NCBI GenBank assembly: GCA_045654105.1
Contig: JAZOMR010000023.1
Coordinates: forward strand, 1-56,303
Reading direction: 5' to 3'
Origin: Faecalimonas sp.
GTDB taxonomy: Bacteria; Bacillota; Clostridia; Lachnospirales; Lachnospiraceae
Length of the DNA: 56,303 bases
The notes under the pieces are model-generated. The model ran no database searches, was not told where the DNA came from, and saw nothing but the letters and a program-made list of their open reading frames with translations. The translations under genes and the position numbers were made by a program. Each line of letters begins with the position of its first letter. Within the stretch, counting starts at the first letter, position 1. This document shows positions 18,090 to 27,921 of this stretch, one piece after another.

Positions 18090-21000
18090 ATGATTATCAA
18101 TCTTATAAAATCACGACAAATGTTTAGCCTTACATTGCCACATAAAGTCAAAGGGCAATATTGGGTGGCGGATGTTGATGATACGGGTTCGCCGAGAGAA
18201 CTCATAAGTGTAGAGGCTGTAAAAGGTGAATGGGTGGTTAAAAGCAACAAGTTTGTTTCAATTCTTGATGCGGAAAATAAACCAGTCATTAACACTGTTT
18301 TAAAGCCTCAAAGTTTTTTTAATTTGAAAATTGCAGATTCAAATGAAAGAGTTATCCTTTTCTCTGAAAGTATAGATGAAAGCCGACAAACATTTAAAAA
18401 AGTAGTTATAAAAAATGCTGATGTGTTAAGTATTGGCAGAACTAATGATAATAATGTGTGTTTTGAAAATAAATTTGTTTCAAGTAGACATGCCAAATTG
18501 TCATATGATGGGCACTCATGGTCTATTCTTGATCAGGGAAGTACAAACGGCACATACGTTAATGGATACAAAGTGGATTCGAAAAATCTTCTTGCCGGGG
18601 ACTATATTTATATAATGGGTCTCAGAATTGTGGTGGGGCACAATTTTATAGCTCTTAATAATCCGGATGGTTTATTAAAGATAAATGCGAAATGTCTTAC
18701 GGAATATAAACCTCAAGTGGCAGACCAAACCATGGAAGCCGTAGAAATTCCAGACAAAGAATATTTCTTTCGCTCTCCTAGATTTCACAGAGAAATAGAG
18801 CACGCTGAAATAAAAATTGATCCACCGCCGCAAATTCAAAAAATGGAAACGGTACCATTGGCTCTTATGTTGGGTCCCTCATTAACAATGGGCATGACCT
18901 CTATAAGCACAGGCCTATTGTCTGTAAGCAATGTTATTTCGAACGGAGGAGAAATAACGCAGGCGTTGCCAACGTTGCTGATGTCTGTAAGTATGCTTCT
19001 TGGGACGGTACTATGGCCGATTTTAACAAAGAAATATGAAAAGCAACAGAAATTGAAAAATGAAAAAAAACGTCAAGAACGCTATCTTGCATATTTGGAC
19101 CACGTGAGAGATGAGATTAAGCGCAAGTGCAAAGAACAAAGCGATATTTTGTCAGAAAATCTAGTGTCGCCTAAAGATTGTGCTGATCGCATTGCTGAAG
19201 AAAGTCCAAAGTTATGGGAACGCGTGAACGGACAGAGCGATTTCTTGAAACTACGTTTAGGATTAGGTGATTTGCCATTAGATGCAGATGTGAAATATCC
19301 AGAGAAGAAATTTTCTATGGAAGACGATAATTTGCAGGATGCGATGCTATCACTTGGAGCGGAGCCTAAACAATTACAAGAAGTACCAATAAGCGTATCC
19401 CTCGTGGATAATATTACGGCGGGTATTTATGGCTCATATTCATCCAGAATGAATCTGATTAAATCACTCGTTTTACAAATGATTGCACTGCATAGTTATG
19501 ACGAATTAAAACTGATGTTAATTACTGATGAATCAGAAATAAGTGAGTGGAATTTTATTCGACCGATTCCACATTTCTGGAGCGATGATAAAAACATTAG
19601 ATTTTTCGCAACGGATATCGACGAGATAAAGGAATTGTCAGCTTACATCGAGAAAAATATTGCAGGACGTAATGACGGCTCTAATCAAGAGTACTTCAAT
19701 TTTACGCCGTATTATGTGATTATTTGTACTAATAAAAAATTAAGCGAAAAGTGTGAGGCATTGCAGCAATTATTAAAATACAAAAACAATGCGGGATTTA
19801 GCGTTATTTTTGTTGCTTCGGAGTTGAAGGATCTTCCAAAAGAAACAAAAACTGTTGTAGCGATAGAAGAAGATAAAGCCAGAATGTTTGATCGTGATGA
19901 TACTACTGGAAAAGGCATCTCTTTTATTACTGACAAAATAAATGAAGCGGCGTTAGAAACATTAGCAGGAGATATAGCCAATATAGAATTGGATATGGGA
20001 AGTCAGAGATATTCCTTGCCGTCTATGCTTACTTTCCTCGAAATGTTTAATGTCAGCAAGATTGATCATTTAAATTCTTTAACGCGATGGAAAGAAAACA
20101 ATCCGACAATTACTTTGCAAACACCAATTGGTGTTGATGCATACGGCGAATCATTTGCGCTGGATTTACATGAAAAGTATCATGGGCCGCATGGTTTGGT
20201 TGCGGGTATGACAGGTTCGGGTAAATCGGAATTTATTATCACTTATATTTTATCGCTTGCAGTTAATTATCATCCGGATGAAGTGTCGTTTATTCTAATT
20301 GACTATAAAGGCGGTGGATTGACGGGTGCATTTGAGGATACTGACCGTGGAGTAAAACTTCCACATCTGGCAGGCACAATTACAAACCTAGATGGAGCAG
20401 CTGTAAAACGTTCGTTGATTTCAATTCAAAGTGAATTGCGTCGTAGGCAAGCTATCTTCAATGAGGCTAGAAAAATCGCCAATGAAGGAACTATGGATAT
20501 TTATAAATATCAACAGCTTTATAGAGATAAAGTTGTTAGTGACCCGGTTCCACATCTGTTCATTATATCGGATGAGTTTGCAGAACTTAAAACGCAGCAA
20601 CCTGAATTTATGGAACAATTAATCAGCGCGGCTCGTATTGGTCGAAGCCTAGGGGTACATTTAATTCTCGCAACACAAAAACCAAGCGGTGTTGTTGATG
20701 ATCAAATTTGGAGTAATAGCAAATTTAGAGTATGTCTGAAAGTTCAGGAAAAAGCAGACAGTCAGGACATGATTAAATGTCCTGACGCGGCGGAATTGTC
20801 ACAAACAGGAAGATTTTATTTGCAAGTAGGATTTAATGAACTGTTTGCACTTGGACAGTCTGCATGGTGTGGTGCGGAATATGTACCGACAGAGACTGTG
20901 GAAAAGTCGGTGGACTCTAGCATACAGGTGGTAGACAATCTTGGGCGAGTTCTTATGAATGTAAAACCGAATAAAAAGAAAAGTACAGGTGGAAGCAAAA

Positions 21001-22673
21001 CCAAGCAAATTGTTGCAATTGTAAAATATCTGTCTGATTTGGCAACAGAAGAAAAAATTACAGTTAGACCACTCTGGCTGGAACCAATTCCTGAACGTAT
21101 TTTTGTAGATTGTTTAGAACAAAAATATTCGCAAAAATCACATGGAACCGTTTTAAATCCAGTGGTTGGTGAGTATGATGATCCATTTAATCAGAAACAG
21201 GGCGTACTTACAATTCCGTTTTCTACTGAAGGCAACTGTTTAATTTACGGTGCATCAGGAAACGGAAAGACAACAATGCTAACAACAATTTCCTATTCAT
21301 TATTAAAGAATCATACTGCGGATGAATTAAACCTATATATTATGGATTTTGGTTCGGAAACATTGAAAATGTTCGAGAAAGCTCCGCAAGTTGGTGGAGT
21401 AATGGTTTCTTCAGATGAAGAAAAGATTATTAATTTCTTGAAAATGCTTCAAAAGGAAATTGATAAGCGAAAGAATCTGTTCTCTGAATATGGCGGCGAT
21501 TATGCAAGCTATATCAAGAATAGTGGCAAGAAAATTCCAAATATTGTAGTACTGCTTAATAACTATTCTGGATTTGCTGAACAATTTGAAGAGTTACAAG
21601 ATGTTGTAACTTTATTGACAAGAGATGGTGTGAAATACGGAATTTATTTTGCAGTAACAGCAGGAACGACAAATGCTGTTAGATACAAGACACAGCAGAA
21701 TTTTAAAACTATGCTTACTATGCAGTTAAATGATGCAACAGATTATTCGATTGTAGTCGGAAAAACAGATGGTCTAATTCCAACAAAATGCAAGGGCCGC
21801 GGATTGATTGCATTGGATAGGGTATATGAATTCCAGACAGCATACTGTATTGATGCAAGCGATATGCAAGAATATATCCGAAATTTCTGTAACGATTTGC
21901 GAGAAGGAGCAAGTAGTTTTGCGCGTCCTGTACCTATATTACCAAGCATTGTTAAGTATGACCATGTCGAAGCAAGCATCAAGGGCTTTGAAAGTGTACC
22001 AGTGGGTATTGGCAAGAAAAACTTGAATGTTTCCACGGTTAATATTGCAAATAAAGTTGTGTATCCGGTTGTGGCTCAAGAGATTATAGACACTGCTCCT
22101 TTTGCAGAAGAATTCATAAGAGTATTATCAGCAATTAGTACTGTAACTGTAATTGATTCTGAAAAGTTACTTTCTGATTTAGATACAAGTACATGTTCGC
22201 TAATCAAAGGAGATTATGAAGCGGTGGTTCGTGGTCTTTTTGATGATATGGTAGAAAGAAATAACACCTATAAAGATGCACAAATGGATATTTCTGTGCT
22301 TCAGCAATATGATGAGAAAGCATACGTCATAGTAGGAATTAAGAAATTGCTAGATCAATTAACAGCTGACGGACGTGAAAAATTATGTACGTTGATAGAA
22401 AAAGCAGAAAGTATTTACAAGATACACTTTGTGATTATTGATTCACTGGCACAATTTAATAACTATAATTACGAGCCGTGGTTCAAGCGTCATGTGGCAG
22501 GCACTGATGGTTTGTGGGTAGGAGATGGTGTTGCAGATCAATATTTGCTTAAGGTGAGTAAAGTAACTAGTGATTTATATGAAGAAATAGGCAATGAATA
22601 CGGACATAACATTATCAGAAATCGCCCGACTCTCATAAAACTGCTTTCTTCGAGAAAAGAGGAGGTTGAGTAA
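18090..22673 (+). CDS. essC: Type VII secretion ATPase EssC (FHA domains, 2 TM, FtsK/SpoIIIE domains)
   Basis: FHA IGR..VSSRHA..STNGTYVNG, RSPR, TM pair, HGPHGLVAGMTGSGKSE, IDYKGG, DEFAELK, GRSLGVHLILATQKP, second Walker A GASGNGKT. Confidence 0.95.
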   Translation: MIINLIKSRQMFSLTLPHKVKGQYWVADVDDTGSPRELISVEAVKGEWVVKSNKFVSILDAENKPVINTVLKPQSFFNLKIADSNERVILFSESIDESRQTFKKVVIKNADVLSIGRTNDNNVCFENKFVSSRHAKLSYDGHSWSILDQGSTNGTYVNGYKVDSKNLLAGDYIYIMGLRIVVGHNFIALNNPDGLLKINAKCLTEYKPQVADQTMEAVEIPDKEYFFRSPRFHREIEHAEIKIDPPPQIQKMETVPLALMLGPSLTMGMTSISTGLLSVSNVISNGGEITQALPTLLMSVSMLLGTVLWPILTKKYEKQQKLKNEKKRQERYLAYLDHVRDEIKRKCKEQSDILSENLVSPKDCADRIAEESPKLWERVNGQSDFLKLRLGLGDLPLDADVKYPEKKFSMEDDNLQDAMLSLGAEPKQLQEVPISVSLVDNITAGIYGSYSSRMNLIKSLVLQMIALHSYDELKLMLITDESEISEWNFIRPIPHFWSDDKNIRFFATDIDEIKELSAYIEKNIAGRNDGSNQEYFNFTPYYVIICTNKKLSEKCEALQQLLKYKNNAGFSVIFVASELKDLPKETKTVVAIEEDKARMFDRDDTTGKGISFITDKINEAALETLAGDIANIELDMGSQRYSLPSMLTFLEMFNVSKIDHLNSLTRWKENNPTITLQTPIGVDAYGESFALDLHEKYHGPHGLVAGMTGSGKSEFIITYILSLAVNYHPDEVSFILIDYKGGGLTGAFEDTDRGVKLPHLAGTITNLDGAAVKRSLISIQSELRRRQAIFNEARKIANEGTMDIYKYQQLYRDKVVSDPVPHLFIISDEFAELKTQQPEFMEQLISAARIGRSLGVHLILATQKPSGVVDDQIWSNSKFRVCLKVQEKADSQDMIKCPDAAELSQTGRFYLQVGFNELFALGQSAWCGAEYVPTETVEKSVDSSIQVVDNLGRVLMNVKPNKKKSTGGSKTKQIVAIVKYLSDLATEEKITVRPLWLEPIPERIFVDCLEQKYSQKSHGTVLNPVVGEYDDPFNQKQGVLTIPFSTEGNCLIYGASGNGKTTMLTTISYSLLKNHTADELNLYIMDFGSETLKMFEKAPQVGGVMVSSDEEKIINFLKMLQKEIDKRKNLFSEYGGDYASYIKNSGKKIPNIVVLLNNYSGFAEQFEELQDVVTLLTRDGVKYGIYFAVTAGTTNAVRYKTQQNFKTMLTMQLNDATDYSIVVGKTDGLIPTKCKGRGLIALDRVYEFQTAYCIDASDMQEYIRNFCNDLREGASSFARPVPILPSIVKYDHVEASIKGFESVPVGIGKKNLNVSTVNIANKVVYPVVAQEIIDTAPFAEEFIRVLSAISTVTVIDSEKLLSDLDTSTCSLIKGDYEAVVRGLFDDMVERNNTYKDAQMDISVLQQYDEKAYVIVGIKKLLDQLTADGREKLCTLIEKAESIYKIHFVIIDSLAQFNNYNYEPWFKRHVAGTDGLWVGDGVADQYLLKVSKVTSDLYEEIGNEYGHNIIRNRPTLIKLLSSRKEEVE

Positions 22674-22674
22674 T

Positions 22675-22926
22675 ATGGATAAAGTGTTAGTAGAAATATT
22701 TGTTCCAGTATTAGAACGAACATTTGATGTTTTCATTCCACTACATTCTCCTATGCATGAAGTACTCGGCCTTGTCAAAAAGGCAATTAAGGAAATGTCA
22801 GATGGTAGATTTAATGCAGATGAGAACACGGCAATCTGTCATCGGGAAGATGGAACAATTATAAATATTAACCTATCAGTTTACGAGCTTGAAATTAAAA
22901 ACGGCTCAAAACTGATGTTAATATAA
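22675..22926 (+). CDS. esaB: EsaB/YukD ubiquitin-like T7SS protein
   Basis: About 83 aa directly after essC; FDVFIP...LSVYELEIKNGSKLMLI ubiquitin-like signature. GGAGG RBS before ATG at 22675. Confidence 0.85.
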   Translation: MDKVLVEIFVPVLERTFDVFIPLHSPMHEVLGLVKKAIKEMSDGRFNADENTAICHREDGTIININLSVYELEIKNGSKLMLI

Positions 22927-22947
22927 AAAACAAAGGAGGTCATTATT

Positions 22948-23250
22948 ATGGCAAGAACAATTCAGGTAACACCTGAACAGTTGGAGTCCGCAGCAGGAAG
23001 AATCGAAGGTTTAGCAGCTGATTACAAGGCACAGTATGATGCTCTTTACAATGAAACTAATGCAATGGCTTCAACATGGAACGGTAAAGACAACACAGCA
23101 TTTGTAGAACAAATTGCAGGTTTCAAGGATGATTTCGCAAAAATGCATACACTAATGCTTAATTATGCGGGATTTCTTCGAGACAGTGCTAAAGCTTACC
23201 GCCAGACGCAAGATAGCGTGGTAACAGAAGCGCGTAAATTAATTAACTAA
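22948..23250 (+). CDS. WXG100 family T7SS substrate (EsxA-like)
   Basis: 100 aa, IQVTPEQL..A, central WNG, helical. Confidence 0.92.
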   Translation: MARTIQVTPEQLESAAGRIEGLAADYKAQYDALYNETNAMASTWNGKDNTAFVEQIAGFKDDFAKMHTLMLNYAGFLRDSAKAYRQTQDSVVTEARKLIN

Positions 23251-23263
23251 GGAGGAATAGAAA

Positions 23264-23563
23264 ATGGCAGACGGAATTCAAATTTCTACCCAGGTATTGA
23301 TTGATACTGCTGAAAAAGTTCGTAATATTAATAGCACAATGGACTCTAAACTCGCAGATATTAACAAAAATATGAATGATCTTGAAGCAACTTGGAAGAG
23401 CGATGCAGCTAATGACATTAGATCTGCAATGAACGCTTTAAAACCTCGTTTTGAGGAGTATAAAAATGTAGTAGAATCTTATGCTAAATTTTTAGTAAAT
23501 ACAGCACAAAGTTACGAATCTACAGAAGGTGCTATTCAAAATAGTGCAAGTGCATTTAAATAA
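23264..23563 (+). CDS. WXG100/ESAT-6-like protein
   Basis: 99 aa, WKSD variant motif, C-terminal YESTE (YxxxE). Confidence 0.85.
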   Translation: MADGIQISTQVLIDTAEKVRNINSTMDSKLADINKNMNDLEATWKSDAANDIRSAMNALKPRFEEYKNVVESYAKFLVNTAQSYESTEGAIQNSASAFK

Positions 23564-23577
23564 ATGCCAAATTACCT

Positions 23578-23607
23578 GCAGGTGTGTGCTGTTTTGCATT
23601 CACCTGC
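23578..23607 (+). other. Intergenic stem-loop after the WXG100 pair (weak terminator or mRNA stabiliser)
   Basis: gcaggtg-tgtgc...gcatt-cacctgc, with no strong U tract. Confidence 0.5.
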
Positions 23608-23669
23608 CTGAATTTGAAACGAACAGGTTTAATTCCTGAAAAAATATATAATTTCGAGGGGGAAAAACA

Positions 23670-26060
23670 GTGATGAAAAGAATACTTTCAATAGTACTAG
23701 TTATTATAACACTGCTTACTTCAACTGTGACATTAGGAGGCTGTACCACAGAAGGTAAAAATACATTAACAATAGGTCAATGGCTTGGAATGGTTAATTA
23801 TGCTTTTGGAATGGAGAGCTATGCGCAGGAAGAACCATATATATCTTCAGTTGATGCTAGTAATGAATATTTTAATACTATTCAAATTGCTGCCGAATGG
23901 GATGTTATTGATACAAACAAAACGATTAACCCAGAAGATAAGTTACTGTGGAAAGATGCTATTATAACCCTCGTTAACGTTGGAAATTTCACAAAACACG
24001 ATGCAAGTGATAATGAGAAAATTCAATATGCGATAGATAATTTTGATAAAACAATAAGAAAATATTGGATGAATAGATGTATTGATGTGGCAACAGCGAC
24101 CAATTTGCTTGTTGAGGCTCAAGAGCAATGGGCAAATCGTACATACGAAGAAACCATCGAAGAGATTGCTTATACAGAAGGCGTTATTGAACTTACCAGC
24201 AACGATGCCAGTTATTGCGAATTTACTGCAAACGATACCATATTAATGCCAAAGGAAGCAGCCGACAAATTGAAAGCAGGGGATATTTTCGTTCTTCCAA
24301 ATGAAGGCGATTGTTCTACACCTAAAGCTTATAAAGTAGAAGATATTAAAATTGACAATGGTGTTGTAGAAGTAGTAACGGATGATGAATTAGAACTCGG
24401 CGATTTCGTAGATGAATTGTATATACAAGACACTTTTTCGCCAGATTTAACTAAGGCAGAGTTTTATGATGGAAATGGCAATTTGCTGCAAGGAGGGAAT
24501 AATATTGTTCCACAATCAAATAGTAGAACAGATGAGTATACCATTACAAATTTGACGTACAATGGTTTGAACGCGCCAAAAGCCACAAAACTTGTGTCCA
24601 AAACGTCTTTTGAGTTTGAAGTAGATGGATGCAAGGTTGAATTAACCATAAAATCTGATGGGTTGTCGGCAAAAATTGAAATGCCATTTGAAGATAAAAA
24701 GACTAAAGGGTATTACGAAGTCGAAGTCAGCAACTTTGAGGTAACCAACAAAATCGATTATAGTTGGTTTACTTTACACTCTGCGGAATTGAAAGTCGAT
24801 TATGAAACAAAAAATACTATAGGCGTAAAGAAAACCTATAAGGAAGAAAAAGCAGTGTACGCTCCAAAATGGTCAAACGGAAATGGAAAGTTTTTGACAA
24901 ATTTGAAAAATTCTGTTTGGAAAAACGCATCATCTGAAAAACTTGGCGCAAAAACAATAAAAATTGGGAGTATAAAAGTTGCTTCTGTTGGAGTTGCTTC
25001 TTTTTCAGTTGATGTATATGCCAAGTTAAAAGTAGATGGAAGCATTGAAATATCTTGTACAGAAGTGGGATGCAAAGGTATTGAATATAAAAAAGGAACA
25101 TGCAGAGTAATTAATACCTCTGACAAAGACACTGACTTAAAATTCAAGTGCAAAGCCGAAGGCACTGTATCTGTAGTACCAACTGTAAATGCGTTTGGTT
25201 ATGCGATTATAGGACTTAAGGCAGAGACCGGTCTTGGTGCAGAAGCTTCTCTCACATTCCATTTAGCAGATGCTGGTAATCATCTTTTACAAGAAACGGA
25301 GGCGGGCGATTTGCCACCCGAGGTTGTTGAGGCAATGGATGTGACAGGTTTAACTGCTGATGCTGAAGAAATAAAAAAATTAGCTGAAGAACAGGGTGGA
25401 ACTTTTGAATATGAGACTAGCACTATAGATTTACATATTGATACCTGTATTGATATTAATGTTTACTTCATTTTACGTGTCGGCATAGAAGAAGAAACAT
25501 TGGCGGGAAAACTGTTGAAAGGCACAAAAATCAAAGTGACTTGGGAAATTTTCGGAAGTAAAAATGCAAAAATTTGCAATCTTCACATAGAAAACTTTGA
25601 TTTTATTACAGCTTTCAGTAATATTGCATTTTTTACCGATAAGAATCAATGCACTCTCAAATATAAACCTTTTGACGATGTGAAGGAAGAAGAAACAAAG
25701 GATGAAACAATAACAAATGATACTAACGGTATTGAAGTAGGCGAAGTATTGGTTATATCTGATTTAAAGCTTATCATTCAAGCTGGCTCTAGCAAAACTA
25801 TTAGAGTTCTTCAACTTCCAGAAGGATACGAATTAAAAGATGTTGTGTGTGAATCATCTAATTCTAAAATTGCATCTGTCGATAAAAATGGTGTTATAAC
25901 GGCAGGAGAAGAAGGTTCCACCACAATCATAGTTAAAACCAAAGATGGTAAATATTCCTGTGCTTGTTCTGTTACTGTAATAAGTGAACAAGACAAAGAA
26001 TTTACGCCATTAGCATATTTTGTAAAAGTATATAAGTATGAGGGAGTTAATGCGGTATGA
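23670..26060 (+). CDS. Large lipoprotein with C-terminal Ig-like (Big_2) domain
   Basis: Signal peptide with LGGC lipobox; beta-rich body; SSNSKIASVDKNGVITAGEEGSTTIIV Big_2 motif. Confidence 0.8.
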   Translation: MMKRILSIVLVIITLLTSTVTLGGCTTEGKNTLTIGQWLGMVNYAFGMESYAQEEPYISSVDASNEYFNTIQIAAEWDVIDTNKTINPEDKLLWKDAIITLVNVGNFTKHDASDNEKIQYAIDNFDKTIRKYWMNRCIDVATATNLLVEAQEQWANRTYEETIEEIAYTEGVIELTSNDASYCEFTANDTILMPKEAADKLKAGDIFVLPNEGDCSTPKAYKVEDIKIDNGVVEVVTDDELELGDFVDELYIQDTFSPDLTKAEFYDGNGNLLQGGNNIVPQSNSRTDEYTITNLTYNGLNAPKATKLVSKTSFEFEVDGCKVELTIKSDGLSAKIEMPFEDKKTKGYYEVEVSNFEVTNKIDYSWFTLHSAELKVDYETKNTIGVKKTYKEEKAVYAPKWSNGNGKFLTNLKNSVWKNASSEKLGAKTIKIGSIKVASVGVASFSVDVYAKLKVDGSIEISCTEVGCKGIEYKKGTCRVINTSDKDTDLKFKCKAEGTVSVVPTVNAFGYAIIGLKAETGLGAEASLTFHLADAGNHLLQETEAGDLPPEVVEAMDVTGLTADAEEIKKLAEEQGGTFEYETSTIDLHIDTCIDINVYFILRVGIEEETLAGKLLKGTKIKVTWEIFGSKNAKICNLHIENFDFITAFSNIAFFTDKNQCTLKYKPFDDVKEEETKDETITNDTNGIEVGEVLVISDLKLIIQAGSSKTIRVLQLPEGYELKDVVCESSNSKIASVDKNGVITAGEEGSTTIIVKTKDGKYSCACSVTVISEQDKEFTPLAYFVKVYKYEGVNAV

Positions 26061-26701
26061 TACTAGAATTTAATCAAATAGATAGACAACCCAACCCTTT
26101 GTTTGAAGGCAGAATCGGTCATGAAGTGATAATCAGTGGCAAAGGAGCAACACAATCAAATTTAGGGTATGTTGTGTATCAGAATAAGAAAATTGAGATT
26201 TCAGGCCAACCACACAGAGAAAAATTTGACGGAAAAACAGCAACGCAAGTAACGGATTTACTCTGTGAAGGAAAACGTGTTGGGTATATATATCCTGATT
26301 TGGTAGAAAAGAAAAAGATACTTTTTATTTCTTTTGGATATGATTACTTCAACTACCATTTCGCGGGAACAGATTATACAGTGTACGAGGTAGGACTCGG
26401 AGCAAATCAGCATTATATTTGTGTTTATAAAGGAAATGAAACAATAGCAATTATAAAAAAAGAAGATACAAAAATTAATTATTGCGACAAATATACCATA
26501 TATACACTTGACCAAGGAGAATTGCTTTCTATGGCAGTTTTAACATTGTATTTTGACTGCATTCGGTATCCGGATCACGGAGAAATAATGGACGAGTCCT
26601 ATATGGACGACTCATTTTTAACAACACAAAAAGAATTAAATGACAAATATGACCCACTATTCATTGAAAAAGTGAAGAAAAATGATGGGATTCTAGAATA
26701 G
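26057..26701 (+). CDS. Hypothetical protein, 214 aa, beta-rich
   Basis: Start overlaps the upstream stop (ATGA); no recognised motif. Confidence 0.75.
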   Translation: MILEFNQIDRQPNPLFEGRIGHEVIISGKGATQSNLGYVVYQNKKIEISGQPHREKFDGKTATQVTDLLCEGKRVGYIYPDLVEKKKILFISFGYDYFNYHFAGTDYTVYEVGLGANQHYICVYKGNETIAIIKKEDTKINYCDKYTIYTLDQGELLSMAVLTLYFDCIRYPDHGEIMDESYMDDSFLTTQKELNDKYDPLFIEKVKKNDGILE

Positions 26702-26765
26702 TTGCACTGATTCTATGTTCAAAGCATAGAGGATAGAGCAATACATAGAGTGTGAAAGGTAGAAA

Positions 26766-27908
26766 TTGCCTATGAATAAAATTAAAGTTGTGAGTAAATT
26801 GGGACTTTCCCAACTCATATTAAAAAGTCTCAAAGGACAACAGATTAACGAAAATGAAGTATATGCTATTAATTCAAATAAAGTGGCAGGACTACTTCAC
26901 TTGGATGTGGTTCAAAAAGGTACTTCCTTTAAATTGATATATAATATAACTGGTTTTATTACATTAAAGGATTATCTAACTACGCCTTTAAATAAAGAAA
27001 GATTTGCAATGATTTTGCAAAATATCCTTTCTAATTTGCAATCAATGGAGCAAGCTTTTTTTAATCAACAATATTTACTAATGGACTTTAATCGTGTCAT
27101 GGTCAATCCTGCGACACAGCATATTTATTTTATATACGTCCCTATCCAATATTTTGAAAGTGGAACTTCCTTAAGAGATTTTCTTTTAAATATTATACAA
27201 CACGCAACGTTTGCACCGGGGGAAGACACAAATTATGTAAAAGATTATATAACCATTTTAAATAATGGAATTAATTTTTCTGTTTTTGATTTGGAAGAGT
27301 ATATTAATAATTTGTTAGGTCAGAAATCAAAATCGCAACGGAGTATTGAATGTCCGCAGTGCCATACAAGATTAGATAAAGGTACAAATTATTGTCCTGC
27401 TTGTGGAGCCAAGGTTACTGGGAATACAGGATCTACAGGGAAAGGCGTATATGACCCTTTGAAAGATACGGATGTAGATAAAGACAGCGAGATTGAAATT
27501 GAATGGAATGATCGAAAAGATAACACACAAGGTTTAAGTGACGGTACAACAGTTCTTGGGGTGACTTCAGGAGGAACAACGGTTTTAGGTTCAGAGGAAT
27601 TGTATAAACCACATTATCCTTATTTGATAAGAGAAAAAAATGGTGAAAAAATTTCAGTTGACAAGCCTTCGTTCCGTATAGGCAAGGAAAAGAAATTTTG
27701 CGACTATTTTGTTGCAGATAATAATGCGGTGAGTAGAAGTCACGCAGACATTATTACTCGTGAAAAAAGGTATTATATTATCGATTTGAATTCTACAAAT
27801 AAAACATATGTAGATAACAGAGTTATACCAGTTGAGATAGAGATGGAAATTTTTTCTGGAGCAAAAGTGAAACTGGCTAACGAAGAATTTGTATTTTATA
27901 TCGATTAA
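26766..27908 (+). CDS. DUF6382-like N-domain + zinc ribbon + C-terminal FHA protein
   Basis: CPQC..CPACG zinc ribbon; two GTTVLG linker motifs; FHA IGK..AVSRSHA..DLNSTNKTYV. Confidence 0.85.
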   Translation: MPMNKIKVVSKLGLSQLILKSLKGQQINENEVYAINSNKVAGLLHLDVVQKGTSFKLIYNITGFITLKDYLTTPLNKERFAMILQNILSNLQSMEQAFFNQQYLLMDFNRVMVNPATQHIYFIYVPIQYFESGTSLRDFLLNIIQHATFAPGEDTNYVKDYITILNNGINFSVFDLEEYINNLLGQKSKSQRSIECPQCHTRLDKGTNYCPACGAKVTGNTGSTGKGVYDPLKDTDVDKDSEIEIEWNDRKDNTQGLSDGTTVLGVTSGGTTVLGSEELYKPHYPYLIREKNGEKISVDKPSFRIGKEKKFCDYFVADNNAVSRSHADIITREKRYYIIDLNSTNKTYVDNRVIPVEIEMEIFSGAKVKLANEEFVFYID

Positions 27909-27921
27909 CAGAGGTGAAAAA

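Noticed and set aside
17828-18295. 155-aa and 89-aa minus-strand ORFs over the switch region
   Set aside because: They are antisense to essC or overlap the recombinase start, run through the promoter or recombination site, and have no recognisable motifs.
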